Assembly: GCA_036172245.1 (NCBI GenBank)
Contig: JAYWIR010000003.1
Coordinates: 6,448,001 to 6,512,000, forward strand
Source: Raillietiella orientalis
Taxonomy: Eukaryota
DNA: 64,000 nt
Direction: 5' to 3'
A program made the translations under genes and the position numbers. Under the pieces are notes generated by a model, which did no database searches, had not been told where the DNA came from, and worked only from the letters and a program-made list of their open reading frames with translations. Shown piece by piece: positions 37,101 to 51,500 of this stretch. Numbering within the stretch: position 1 is the stretch's first letter; every line of letters begins with the position of its first letter.

Positions 37101-40100
37101 TGGGGTTTGCCGGAGATGTTGCGCGGAGAACTGCGACGCTTCTTTGGTGATTCCGGACGCAGCAGCAGCTCTTTTCCGTGGCACCGCGCGCTCTGCGTCT
37201 GCGCGACGTCCTCCTCCTCCTTTTCCGAACGAACGGGAAACCGACCAACTTAGCTGTGCCACGGGAGGAGGGACGAGCAAAGGGTGGAACCCCTTCCGTG
37301 GTCGTCGCCGTCGCGTTCCCTCAGGCTGTAAGTTGCGAGACAAAAGCTGCTGCAGCAGCACGGAACGAGGCGCCACGAGCGACGCAGCAGTCTTTCTTTT
37401 TTCTCCCGCACTTGCATCGTCCTCCGCTTCGAGGAGTTTTGCTCCTCTTCCGCGTCTTCTCCCAAGTACCACACCGTTGACTCGTTTCTTTGTTCAGAGA
37501 GGAACGCGGCCAACCCCCTCCGGGCCTGCTGGGCAGAAAGCCCGTCAGGTGATGGAGGCAGATGCCTGTTGAGGCTGCTGCTTTCTTCGGGAATTTCGCG
37601 GAGCTTTTCTCTCCTTCGTCTTGGAGGCAGCCGTGCTTTCGCAGATATTCCGTCGAGGAGGAGGAGGCAAGTAAGAAAATGGCCGGAGAACGAAAAGAAA
37701 ACCAGCTGAAGAACATCCATACCGCTCCCTTCCATGGCAGCACTGCAGGTGCCGAGGGGGCCGAAAGGTTCGCCGTCGTTAGGGAAGCAGGAGCGGGGGG
37801 GGGAGAAGGGAGGCGAGGAAAGAGAAGCCGCCGCTCCCGCCCCCTGCCCGATCCTGTCTCAGCGTCAACAAAAGCGCTGTCTCGGAGAACCCACCTCTTG
37901 AGGTCACTCGGGGGGGGGGGGGGGGGCGACGTCCGAGGGCGACTTCCGGACTCGGTGGAGCGCGTCTGCAAACTCGACGACAAGAGAGAAGGGTCGCGGT
38001 CAGCCCCCCTCGATCTCGGAGGCGCCCCAGGGGAAGGGCGATCCAGGCGGTGTGCGTGCGGGAACAATGTGGAAGGGAGCGGACGACCCGACCGGGGATG
38101 CGCAGCGCGTCGTCAAAAGGAACCGGCGTAGTAGGAGGGGCTGGAGAAAGGAGGAACCTCCCTCGCCCCTACTCCTCCCCACGTCGCCGCCGCCCCGACT
38201 AAAGTGACGGAGCGCGAAGGTGGCGTCCGCCAACCTAATCTCGCGTCCGCCCTGTCTCCTGACAGGGCGGACGCGTCCGCGTGTCCGCCCCAGCCGGGAG
38301 ACAGAGGCTCACCGCAGATTTACCCTCCACCCCCCCCACTCGGCCGCCTCGTCTCGAAAGTCAAGGAAGTTGTTGGGACGCGCACCTTCTCCGGAGGCCG
38401 AACTCCGCCACGGCCACGGCAGCGGCGCAGCAACATGGCGCTGAGCTCGAGCTTCGGAATGTGCCGCCAGGAAGCGTGCACGCGCTGTGGCCGGGCGTCT
38501 CTTCCGGCGTTCCCCTTGCCTGAGGGCGCGCGTTCGCAGTCGGCTCCCGGAACTGCGACCCCAGAGAGGCGGTGCCTCGCTCCCCGACCTCCGCGAGACG
38601 TGCGTTCCGGGTGGTAACCGCGGCCTTGGGCACTTATCCTTCCTCGAAAACCCTCAAACTGTGGGGGGACCCTGGCTCTTCGGCTCCTCCTCACTCGGAG
38701 GGAGGTAGGGGAGAGAGAGAAAAGAAGATCCGTCGCAGGAACGGGGGAGGTCCGAGGAGAGGCGAGGGAGGCTGGATAGCGCACGCGCGCGAATCGCCAC
38801 TCAAGGACTCCTTCTTCTTCCTGGGGTTATTTCCCCCTCCGCGCAGCCTCCTCCCCTTTGCCCTCTGGTTTCCCCCGTCTCTTGCTCGCCGTGCGTAGTC
38901 CGCATCCTCTTCGTCTTCTGCGCAGCTCTTCCTCCCCTTTCTTATCCCCCCTCTCCCTTCCTCTCGCGGGAGCGTCCGTCCAATGCCGTGAACGGAAGCA
39001 GTGCATCTCCGACTGACCTTCTTCCCTTCTCTTTTTTCGTTCTCTCCTCCAAGCGGTTTCCTTCCGACGGCTGATGAGAGCGCGTTGCCCCTGGGAAGCG
39101 CGGACGGCGCTTGCTCTCGAGACAGAGGAGCCGCGTCTCCTCAGGAAAAGAGGCGCTCCTGTCGCGAGTGGGCAGGAGCAGACGAACGCGATAAGAGAGG
39201 GAAAGGTGGTGTGGTTCATAGGAAGCGTTCGCACGCTCCAGGGATAGGAGGGGGATTGCCAAGGAGCGAAGGCAGTGTGGGCACCGCTGTCTGCGCGCCT
39301 CGCACCCGCGTTCTCTCCGCCGACAGCCGTCTCGGCAAGTGCGTGCGTCGCCCAGGGATACGTGAGCAAACGGCCGAGACGCGGGAGCCAATCAGCGAGG
39401 AGGAGGTCTGGAACGATCCGCCAGGTGGCACGGCGGGGCCGCGGCAAACCGGCAGGCAGTCGGGCCGGGGATGTTGCTATACGCTCAGAATGCGGAGAGG
39501 CTCTTTTCCTTCCGGATTGCCCTCTGCAGCTGCTGCTATGCAACGGGGGTTCATGGCGGCGCCCGAGTGGCCGCCGCTCGCGTAGCTGCAACCTTTCCCC
39601 GACAGCAATCGCCGCCGTTTCGTGGGGACCGGCGGGCGAACAAAAAGCGCAGCCTCTCTCTCTCTCTCTCTCTCTCTCACCGCAGCAGCCTGTCGCAGAT
39701 TCGGGCTGCTGCGCCGCTGCGCATTTGCACCCGCGCGGCGTTTCGCGCGCGCGAACGTCGGAGGAGCGTATTTCCGCACGTGCGCGCTCGTGGGATCACG
39801 GCGAAACCTTGAGAATCGCGCTGATGTGTGGCCATTCCGAGAGGAAGGAAGAGCAGGACAAAAACACATACGTGCGCGCGCGGAGAGACACGCGCGCGGA
39901 ATAGGCGGTGGGTTCCGAGCGAAGAGGCCGCCTGTCGAAGGGCGAACCGCCCACGTGGACCCCCAAAAGGGAGAGAGCTCTGTGCTCCATTTGCAAAGGG
40001 ACGGCTTCGCAATGCCAGTACAGCTAGAAAGAACTCTCCCCCTCCCCCCCCCCTTCCTCCCTCGGCGGCCGACATTCCCCACAGAGACGAGAAGCTTCCT

Positions 40101-43100
40101 GTTGCCGGAGGAAAACCCCACCGGGCGGGAGGAGGCCTCTCCCGTCTCGGGAGAGCGCCGACACTCCGGGGGACCCGGCTACAGCCAGATCTTCCACAGC
40201 TGCGGCGGAACGCCGGCGGACGTGGGGGGAAAGTTGCCTGGTCTCGGCCTTGGTCAAGCGAAAGAAGAGCACGCGGCCGTGCCGTGCTAATGGATGGGGA
40301 GCACCTGCGTTCCGCGGTCCCCCCGTGACGGCCGTTCGCGCTGCAAGGACGCGACGGTGGCCGGCGCTGCGGCTAGCCCAGCGCTGTTAGGGATCGCCGA
40401 AGGATCGGGAATTTCCGAATTCTTCCGGCAACGCGGACGGCGAGACCATTCGGCAGCAAAACGGGGGGCGGGGGGGAATGCTCCGCGCGCCCCACCTCGG
40501 GGAAACGAGATGATCCGGCGCCGCTGAAGAGGAGGAGGAAACTTGAGGTTCCGAAACGGTTAGGAAGCGGCATCTTCCGGACCGCGTCCTTCGACCTGCC
40601 GTCAGCTACGAGCCGCAGTTCGCTTTCGATTGAGACCGTTTCTCGCAAAGAGACCGACTCTGCAAGATCCGCCTCCGACCAAGCATTCCATTCCAGTATC
40701 ACGGGAAAAAAGTCAGATGTCTTGTGCATAGGTCATGTGCATGCTCGTCCTGGACGTGTGTGTGTGCGCGCGCGCGCGCGTGTGTGTGGTCGAATAAACA
40801 CATTTGGTTCATCGCTTCTGCAGATCAGTGCTCCGTAAAAGTGATGACCAACGGTGATGACGCTGCACAATGCATTCCGTTATGTCCCTCCATGATGCAT
40901 GTTCAAAAAGAAAACATCTCTCTGTTTTTTTTTCTCTTTTTTTTTCGGGAGGGGGAGGGGGGCATAAGCTGCAGAATGGTGGGTTTTGTTAAAAAAAAAA
41001 AAAAAAAAAAAAGAGAAAAAGAACGAAAAAAGAAAAAACAGTTTCACAATTCAAGCGGATGCGAAATGCCCTCGGAGCATTTATAGCTTGGAAGTACAGA
41101 GCAGGGAAGCGGTGATAGAACGGAAGCTGACCTAAAATAACTTTTGCAGGAGATGGCGTTCCCATGGAAATCGCTGCCACATCACCGAGCGCCGAATCGC
41201 GCACGATAATAAAAGACGGTTTAATGAGTTTCAATTAGCAAAGCAGTCAGTCAGGAGCTTGGGAGACGCAGAGGGTATATTATCCCGGCAATCGCCTCCC
41301 GGAGGAAGGAGCGACGCAGCTTTCTGTCCGGATGAAATCTATTTTTAAATCGAAAATATCTGGAGGCGCGCTTGGAGTGCACCGGTCGGGAGGGAACCCG
41401 CCGGTTTTGCCACCGGGACGAAGCCTCCCGATGACAACGGCACGGAGCCGCGAGATTCCCCAGGCGCCAGATAAGAAGGCGAACCAACTGCGTGCGTCGC
41501 GAGCAGCGCAGCTCGTTCGCGCAGAGCCGGCGACCCTGCGATTTTTGCGTCTCCCGGAGGGAGGAGTGGAGCGACGGTCCCGAATGGCGGCGGCGGCGGC
41601 GGCGGCGGCGACGTGGGAGACGGGAACACAGGCCCGGCGGCGGCGGCGGCGGCGGCTTCAACAGTGACCCCGCAGGATCCGCGCTGCCCGACACAAAAGG
41701 GGAACTCGAAACGTTCGGCGGCGAAGTATCCTTCCCGTGAGCCTGCACGCTAAAAACAGGTTGACCCCAAACGGCACATCTGCGGTACGAATCGAATCCC
41801 TTCCATCTGTTGCCTGCTGCCCACAATCAGGTGTTCCTCCCGCAGTCTGTTGCTCCTTCCCCCCCCCTCTCTCTCTCGTTCGCTCTCTCTCTCTCTCTCC
41901 CTCTCCTGGGCTATTTGAAGTTTGAAGTCGCAGGAACGAACGTGTATACCTGTCCCTCCCCCCTCCAAAAAAATAAAGGGAAGATTCCGGGATTCCAAGC
42001 ACCACTGCTTGTCGAGGTTTACAGGAATGCAAGTACCGAATACATTGCACGAAGTAGGGCACATTTCTGCAGAATTATGAGCGGGCGGGGGTGGATGCTT
42101 CTGCCGATCGCTCATAAGTCAGGACGAGCGCAGTCGACTACAGTCGCCACTCCCTTGTCCCTCGAAATGCTCCTTCTTTTCCTGTTGAGCTGCGCTTTAA
42201 AGGGACCACAAGCGCGTTCATTTGGGCCGAGTCTTCGAGAAAACCGAGAAAGGCGCGAGGGTGGATTCCCCCTGCGATCCCCCTTCCGGCGGTAGCAGGC
42301 GAGCAGGAGACGGGTACACAGGTGCACGTCTGAAAAGTGTGTGGGACAGGGGGAGAGGATGGGGGGCACGAATCAAGCAAACCCGCCGCTCTGCACCCCT
42401 CCTTCCTCCCTTTGATGGGAGGGGGAAGAGAAAAGCAGAAAAGGAACGTCGAATGAATGCGGGAGTGACTCTCCTCCACCACCGAAAACGGGGAGCCGCT
42501 GCCAGGGGCCCTCGAGTTTGGGGACGTGCACTCTTTGCGTGTGGGCCGTGCACGCACACCTCGCTCCATCTACCCCCTCTCAAAGCTGGCTCCCGCAAGT
42601 GACCAGATTTCTGGATGGGATGGTGCGTGACCACCCCGCAGAGCCTCGAGCAAAGTTTCACCTTCTGAGTCGGTTAGAATTCTAGCCTGACCGTCGAGGA
42701 ACAAGTCCACTCCTTCCTCTTGCCCCCTCCCCCCCTGGCCGGGATCCAGCAAGGCAAGGCTCCACAAGTTCTTGTTCTTTGACGCAGGGATGCCGCCTTG
42801 TTTACGGCGGGATCCCTGGGCGTGCGTCAACCGGCAAGAACTCAACCACAGCTCCCGGAACCCAACGGCAGCATCCTAGCTGGAGTTTCTTCCTGGCGAA
42901 GAGCGCGTCCGCACACCCTGCGCGGGGAGGGAAGGCCCTAGCTGTGCGCCCGCACGGCGACCCGGAGATGCCCCGCAGCTCCTTCAGGCACCTCTTCTTC
43001 TTGCAGTTCCCAGTTCTCGGTTTTTTGTTTTTTTCCAGACCAGACCTCGAAGCCAAGGAAGCCGACCCTTCCGAAAGCAGAGGTCTGCGTCGTCGCAAGA

Positions 43101-45532
43101 AAGGCCACCCCCAGTGAGAAGAGAGATACTCCCCACTTGACCCGAATAATGCTCAGGATTCTCAGGCTACCACGGCAGGCGGCATTCCTCGGGCGGTTCT
43201 TCGGAGCTTCTGCGACGGAGGTGCGGGAACCTCCACTCAGTTTGCCGTAGCTACGTGAACCAGGCTTCCCTCGCGACGGACCGATGGTTTTCTGCTCCAT
43301 CCGTCCCTCCCCAGCCGACGACCCGTTGACTGAAGCCGCCACGCTGGCCCTGCTCAACCCGAGTCCCCTGAAGCACACAGTCCGCACGTACTTTACGAGC
43401 GATCCTCTAGCGGGACTTGCTCTTCTTGCCTGGTTGCGCCCGAGCAAACAGACGCTCGCGGAGGAGGGAGCGAGATGCAGGCGAGAAACCACGGCCCGGC
43501 CAGAGGATCTCGAAGTTTCCAGATTCGCACTTCTTTCTCGAGACTCTATCTGACTTCGAGGCTCCCCCATCCAGCACACGTTGTTCCTTCCAGCCTTGCA
43601 AGTTTTTCCCGATAGATCAAGCACGGCTGCTTCGAGCGCAGCTGAGATCGCCATCTCTTTGTCTCTGCTTTGCCAACTTTTCTCGCTCTGCCGCGGAGGA
43701 ATGCTCGGAAGGCTCACTCGCGTCTTCCATGTGTTCTCAGTGTATGCTGCGCCCAGCAAGCACTGAGGCTCATCAATGTTTCTTTTTTCTTTTCCAAAAA
43801 AAAAAAAAGAAAAAAGAAAATCATCCCACACTTTTCAGCAGTCACCGCTGCAGTGCCCTCGAATGTACAAGATTTTTTCCTTGCACGGTTCTTCTCTTTG
43901 GAACTGAGAGGATGTCGGAAACATTTCCTACCATTTTTTTTTTTTTTTTTTCTCTCTCTCTCTCTCTCTCTGGACGTGAGATGCTCCAGCCCTCACGTAT
44001 ACTACTAAGCAGATATATTCCTTTGCTTCGTCTTGGGATCATGGTTACGGACGCGGCAAGTCTCGGCATGATTCTGCTACGGGAATTCGTGCTTTCCAGC
44101 AATTTCCAGAGAATTCGGTCGACTCCTCGTCCTGCTAATTAGGCTGCACTGCCTGCATTTACTAGGATGCTCCCTAGTCGCCTTGGTTTGTGCTCTCCTC
44201 TGAACTTATTTTCATTCAACTTCTACGTGCCTCCCACTCGGCGCCGGTCCAGCTTCATTGTGTGATGTCCGAATGGCTTCGAAAAACGGAAGCAACGAGC
44301 TCGAAATGATAGAGTTTCTTTCTTTTTTCTGACTGTTCTGGTAATGTTCATTAATTGGGCGGAGAGGGAGAGAGAGAAAAAAAAAATGGAAGCTCTGGTA
44401 TACCACCATCAGTTCCCAGGATCTTATCCATAATAACCAGCGTAATCTCTTAAGCGTTTCGCAATTATTTTCCATTTTTTTTTTTTTTTTTTTGTAATGT
44501 AATTTAGATGGAATGGCACGAGGGCATGCAATCTGATGGCCGCGTAACCAAATGAAACGGCGGAAAATCTAGGCGGCACACAATCATCACCGACTGCCTC
44601 GAATCTTCCTGATCCCTAATGAAGTGACGGGGAACCGGGAGATGTGAGTCGGAAGGGCAATCAAATCCGAAAAATTCCTCCGAAGGTGTAGAACGGAATG
44701 GGATCGGGCTTTCTTTTCTTTTTCTCTCCTCTACTGGCAACAGTGCGCCCCTCACTTCCTCCCACTGCCGCCACCTCCGAAGCGAATGCGCAATTGGGAA
44801 TTATTTTTCCTCTCGCAATTAGGCCGAATATAAATAAGACGGCAAAGGCTTTCGCGGGAAATTGCATGCGACGGGAATCAGCCATTACGATTGTTTTTGA
44901 TGAAAATGACGGTGTCAGCAACCTCTCGCAATCAGCTGGCTGCCCGTGTAACTAAAAGTCGCATTTGCTCACCATGTGCGTGATTAGCTTAAAAATAGAG
45001 CTCTTCCTTATTGCAGGATCGCCACGTTTATCGGCGGCGCAGAAATGTGAACGACTGCTCAGAAAACGAAGAACCGCATGAAAATTCAATGATCCGAAGG
45101 AGGAAAGGGGGGAAAAAAAAGAAACGGAAGGATGCCCTTGAAAATAATCGATTAATAATGAAAAACAAAAATTGAAGATCGATTGCGATGATGAAATAAC
45201 AACGGCGCCCAAAAGAGGCTTCTGCTCAATAACGTGTCGCGAGGGTGGGACGGTATTTCTTTTTCTTTCTTTCTTTCTTTCTTTCTTTCTCTCGCTCTCT
45301 CTCTCTCTTTTTTTTTATTTTATTTTATTCTATTTTGGCAACCGTGGATGAGCATTTGTTGCGAATGAGTGCGATCCAAAGCTCTTTCTCTCGGTTTGAT
45401 TCCTGAAGGCGGGTCACCAGAGATGGGAAGTCTGGACCACGTTGGTTTTAAGGTAACGTTGTTTCTTTTTTCCCTTCAAAGTTGATATCGTTTCTTCAAG
45501 AATTTCTTTCCTAATTTGGATCGACGCCTGTT

Positions 45533-45568
<36 letters not shown>

Positions 45569-48500
45569 AAGAAAAAGAAAAAAAAAGAAGCAATATATCA
45601 AGTGCAAAGGCAAGCAAGAACGGAAAAAGAAACTTCTACGTCACTCATTTCAAGAGTGTGTGATGCACTGAATTCCAGGGAACGTCTCGCTCATGTTTAA
45701 GCAGGAAGTCCGTTCGTTTCGAAACTTTCAGTTTTCTTTTCTTTTCCTGCGAAGGAGTTCCACGTGCCCGGTATTCCGGATCCACATTACGCATGCGAGG
45801 ACGCAGTAGGCCTGCAGGTCGCCGGGAGCAAACTGGTCAGCGCTGACTTTAATGACCTGCGTCTTGGCTAGAACGAAGGCATTCTTCCTCAAGGAGTCCG
45901 TCCTTCGCGTTTTCAGTTTCCGTGGCGGCGCTGCGCCTCCAGAAAAAAGATGAAATTCCTCACAGAACTACGAATCAGTTGCTCTCTGAAAGAGTACCAA
46001 ACACCCTCGGATGAAGGATGCAACGGATGCAGTCTTTCACTGCTACCTCAGAGTCCTCCCGTCCGGCTGGCGGGCGTTCATTCGTAGCCGCGCTCGACAA
46101 AAGCCCTACTTTTTTTATCCTTTCACCGATGCGGCAGTCTTCCGGAAAACGTCTGCCGCCGTTGGTTCCAGTGGCGCGCCCGCGGCCTTTGCATCCGTCC
46201 CTGCCGGAGGATCGCGTCGAAGGTGCACGGCTACGGTCGGAGGACCAGGAGGGCAGGGCATCTTGCGAGACATCCGACATCAGGAAAGGCCCAGAAGTTG
46301 CTATGGACACCGCTTGCGCCGCGCCGGAGAAACCCCGAACGGGGTGGGTGGGGTGCTTCCAACACGAAGCCCTGCATGCAAAGGGTGCGATTCGCCGCGT
46401 CCGATCCTTTTGCCAGGCTGAACATTCGGATGTTTCTCCTATGGAGGGAACTTCCTCGACACGGAGGTGTGGTTTCGATGCTCGTCTGCCCACACTGTCC
46501 ATCCGCCCAGGTGGCGCTTTCCCTGGTTTCCAGCTGCCTTTCTGGATGTCCTCAGCCTTACCTGCGATTACGTGCGTGCCTTGGATGTGCGTTTCACGGA
46601 TCCTCGTGATGATTTTTCACAGTTGGACGTTCTTCACAATTTTCGGATCGTATTCCACGAGAAGTTCTTGGCGACCACGCTCGGCATGAAAATCAGGAAG
46701 ATCTTGGAGGAGGAGATACAGGGAAAGGAAAACACGGAAAGGGTAACGGGAGCGGTCTCGTGCCTTGGGATCCGGTCGCGTTGCCGTGGACACGATAATC
46801 CAAGACTGACCATCTCGCCTGGTTATATCTGTTGCGGAACACGGAGCGAGAAACCCGCGAAGAGAAATCCAGGTTTACGGAGATACGATTTGGATGGGAG
46901 GGAGGGGGTGAATTTTTCGGGTTTCGCTCGTTGAGTGTGTGTGTTTGTGGGGGGGGAGGGGGGAGAATCGAACGATTTCTGACCGTAAGTCGGTAAATCC
47001 GAAGCGTCGCAGATAAAAAGCTTTGCCATTCCGGAGCGTTCCAGCTAAGCAAATTTCCGTTAGGCATTGGGATTTGCTCGCCGACTGTGCAAGAAGCAAA
47101 AAAAAACAGATAGAGGAGAACGAAAAAAAAAAAAAGAAGCGTACTGCGATCATCTTCAAGCGATCCGAAACACCAGGATTACACGGGGGCAACAGCACAA
47201 CCCTGGGGCCCTGCTTCCGACAGGGCTTCCGTGGTTACGCGGTCCTTGGATGCAAAATAAGTCCTGGATTCCAAGGGGCGAAACTCTCGTCCTTGATGCT
47301 GGAACACGCGTTTTTTGGTGGCAATAAATTGATTTGAAGAATTCACAAAGAGAGGGAGAGAAGGAGAAGAGGAAGAGGAAGGAAGGAAAAAAAAATCACG
47401 CAACAGCTCTTCTACTGCTTCAGCGTGCAAGAAGGCACACAAATTCGTGGTCTGTTATTTAATGGTAAATAAAAAAGGCTCAATGAGCGCGATGAACGAC
47501 AGCACATAGCAGTGTTGTACATGGCATGGTTCACTGTGCATTCGTAAGTACCTAAGCGACACGCTTGACGTTGACGCAGTTTGACACACTGTTGTGTACG
47601 CGTGTGCTGTGAATCAGTTTCGCATGATGACGCAGATGGATACTCGGGTTGCACGCATTTCGTCTTTGGGAACACGAAAACACACGTGTTCCTAGGAAAC
47701 GCGAAAGAGGCAGTTTTCTTCGGGACCCCCGTGACCGCGCCCGGTTCCAACAGTGGCAACGGCGCGCTCTCAGGTGCGACTTCCTGGCACGACCGGCACA
47801 CCACGTGCGCGTTTCGACATTCTTTTCTTTTTCGGTGCCCGGGGTGCACCTTCTGGGAACTCTTGCGCGTGCCATCCGGGGGGCGTTCCCAACGGTTCTG
47901 GAGGATGGTTTCTTCCGAGGAGCCTGCAAGGAGGAGGCATCCCCGCTCTACTTCCACATCCCCGGTGGCCCTTCAGCAGATGGCGGAGGCGTGCCCCTCC
48001 AGCGGGTGGTGGGCAACTGGATGCGCCGAAGAGCCTCCTCGTTCCAGATCCAGGGCGCGCCTGGATGTCCATGCTGCCCTTTTCCCTTTCCCCCCCGTCC
48101 CGGTCCCTTGATCTCATAATCCCGCCATCACAGGGAGTTCCGTCCGAAGCGGAGGAATAAACATGGAAGGAATCTCCAGCAACGCCGCAGTTCTCCTCCG
48201 CACTCCGGGCAGGAGCTGCGAACGAGCAATCTCGTGGGAATGGGATGCAAAGGGGACTCCTTCTCCCCTCCCGCCTCCCCGCCCTGGACAGCGCCGGGAT
48301 GAGCTTCCCAGGTAAAATAAAATTCGGAATTTCCATCGGTGGCGTTCCTTTCTGACAGCTGGAGAGTAGAGGCGGCGGTGGAAGAATGCAGCGTAAGAAA
48401 CGGGAGGGAAGAAAGGCAGGGGTGGGGGGGGAGGGCGGGGAAGAAGAAGAGGAAGAGGAAAAAACACGCCGAGACGATGAGCACAAGGCGCGGGAGAAAC

Positions 48501-51500
48501 TCCCACCGACGTTTGCAGGCGGTCGACGCTCACCTCGCCGTCCGCACGTCCAGCAGAAGCCTTCCGCTGACAAAAAGCCACGGGCCGCTCAGCTGAAGGG
48601 GCAAAAGAGGGATGCGTTTCGAGGCGCTGCATGCAGGCTCTCCGCGGGCAGGTGGAAGAGGGCTTACCCCTCCACTTTTGAAGGCAGCAGGAAGAGTCGC
48701 CGCCCCGGTGGAGCCTTCCCCTCTCGCGAGATGCGCTCCTGAAGGGAGCGACGCGCTGCCGTCGCCGCTGGACATGGAAACCGCAGACGGCAGGCGTCCT
48801 TAGGCTACTTCCTCCCCTTCCCTCGTCCGCCCACCTCGAGGGAATGTCCGCTGTCCCGAAAGCGGATCGGCGCGAGCATCCGCGCGCTGCTGCTGTGGTC
48901 GGTCGCTGGCCCGTGAACGGGCGGGTCTCTTCCCGCGAGCAAGGGATGCGCCGGTGCAAAGGTCAGAGACCTTTCCACCGACAAACCCTGCTTTTGGGTC
49001 GCCACGGGCGAATCCTCCGGACAGTAAGGGGGGGGGGGGGATACCGTGAGCCGTGAGCTTTTTTCCGCACGGTGGGACCCCGGATCCCGTGCCTTTTCCA
49101 GCTCCTCTGCCCCCGACCCCCCCATCCTCACCCACCCCGGAGCGAACGAACGGTCCCTCTGCTGGCAAGGGAGCAACCTCCGTTTCCTTCGATTCGTCCT
49201 CCATGCGGGAGGCAGTTTTCGAGCCCCAGCGTGGTGGTGGTGTGGGGGGGGGGTGTCCAGGCCTATGGGCGGGACTGTTGGTCCCGCTTGGGAGGTGGGG
49301 GAGGGCGCTGGCCGGGCGCTCTCCCTCTCCGGCAGAGCCGCCGCTGCGCGACGCGGCGGCCTGGGTGTTGAAGGGCGCGTGACTCCTCAGGGGAGGTCGA
49401 AGCTTCCGGTGACCTCGGGAACTCACACGGCGCCACGGCGCACTCCCTGATGTGAGTGCGGCACGGGCGCGCGCTTCTCCCCTCGGAGACCGGAGATGGC
49501 GGTCGGCAACGGGGAGCCGGAGGCGCCGGGGTCGCGTTCGTTGCCGCGGACGCTCGGATTGTGGGCCAGCGTCTTCTGCCCCGGAGACTCCAGAGGAAGG
49601 GGGGGCATGGTGGCGGCGCTGTACGCGGCCGGCAGTCGATCATGAGGAGGGGGAGAAAGGAGCGTCGGTGGTGGAGGAGTGGGCAGCTGCCAGAACCGGA
49701 CCGTCGAAAGCGAGACCGCGCGCGAGCGCGGAGCTACGCCCCGAGCGTTTCGGAAATCGGGACTCCGGCCGAAGGACGATCTTCAGCAGCAAGCCCCCCC
49801 CCCCCCCATCCGCTGGAGACCATCGCCCCGGAGGCAGGTCCCCGCAAACCGTGACGTCGGCGTGTCCACTCGGGAAAAGCTGCGAGCGAGCCGTCCTCAC
49901 CCCCCCACCGCGGATCGCTCGCACCACGGGGCGTTTCCGGAGGGGTGGGGAGAGTTCCCTAGGCGATGTGTCCGCAGCCGGCCTGCCCGCGGATTTGCGT
50001 GCTGGAAGTGTATGGGAGGCGGGCGAACTGGCCGCGCGGGTCGCACTTCCCGAGGGCGAGGTCACGGTCGCGGAGGCGAAAGATCCTTCCTTCTCTTGCG
50101 ACCTCCGACCGACCATCCGGCATGGCGAAACCGACTCGATTGAGGTGGTCGCCGCCGCCGTTCCGTTCTGAGAAATGCCCGGTGCTCAGCGAGATCAGAG
50201 GTCAAACCTGCGGGATCATTTCATTAACAGCAGGCCAATGGAACGGGGGAAAGGGGGGGGGGAGGGTGGAAACGGGAGAGCGAGTCCGAAAGCTCCATCC
50301 GAAGCCAGCGACGGCAACCAGATGCGTTGCGCTCTTCCTTGGGGACGTGCTGCTGAGGAGGGCGAGTCGCAAGTCCTGGTGTCCGCCAGAGCTTTTTGGC
50401 GGAGGATTCTGCAATCATGAGATGCGGCGACTGTAACCGGATAGCTGGAAACGCGAGTGCTGTTCTTCGCTGCTGCTCTTTCACCGAGTGTAATCTTTCG
50501 CGGGCGCTCGACTGGGGACCAGAGGCAGAAGATAAACGAAGATAAGTGTTCCTTTCCGCGAGAGCAGTTCCTCCCGTTACAGAAAAACCACGTCGGCTAA
50601 GGGCTAAGACGGCGAAGGGGATCAGGCGGCCCGGGCACACCCCCACCAAGCATCGCAAGGCGCTCTCGTCGGGCCGGGAGCGGACGGGAGCGGCGCGCAG
50701 AAATCCGCATCGACACGCCGGATGCCCTTGCTCAGCGTTTCTGCGACCATCTTTCGGGTTTCGAGCTGGCAGCCAATCAGCTTCCTCCGCTCGTCTCCGT
50801 CCCTTGTCGGGTGACGCAACAATGCGCCGCCGCCGGAAGGGAGGGCTCCCCGCGAGGCGCGGAGCGGGGGTGGGTGGGGAAGGGGAGAGGGGCGGGGGTG
50901 CACCGGCGGCTCGCTCGCCTCCCACCCCTCCTCGTCCCCTTCTGAGTTTCCACGGCACTTGGAAACAATGGATGTGTGCGTTTTTTTTTTTTTATTTCAT
51001 GTTACCTTTGTTGTCCCCCACCCCACCCCCCTCCCCGTTTCATTACCCCCGTCAGCTTCTTGGGCTTTGTGTGTGTGTATCTCGTGTTGAACGCAGACGG
51101 ATACGCAGCCTGCGCTTCTCGGTTGCCATGATACGGTGCGACAGAAGGCACCATCACGCGAAGACAAACATGACGCAGGCAAGCAAAGAAGGAGAAGGAA
51201 AAAAAAAAAAAAAAAAAAAAAACCGATGACGACGAGGATGATGACAACAACAACAAAAAAAAAAAAACATTTGTTGCGAGCAACAAAAACAGGAATGTTT
51301 TTCCATAATAAGAACAATGATGACAACAAAAAATCGTAATGGCGTGCGCGCTTGCTGCAGAGGAGTTCCTGCACGGTTGGCATCCGAGATGAAATCCTCC
51401 CCAAATCTTTGTGTTGGATTCTGCAAGAAGAGGAAAATAGAATATAGAAATGAAGCAGCCTGCACGGCGCAGTCATCTACTTGTCGTCCACGGGTAGCTT

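Noticed and set aside
39071..39140. Hammerhead-like CTGATGA...GAGAC
   Set aside because: The GAAA core is mutated and no stem I partner follows the GTC.
47940..47980. 2A-like GDVEVERG on - strand
   Set aside because: It lacks the essential NPGP, and the upstream LLK is in another frame.
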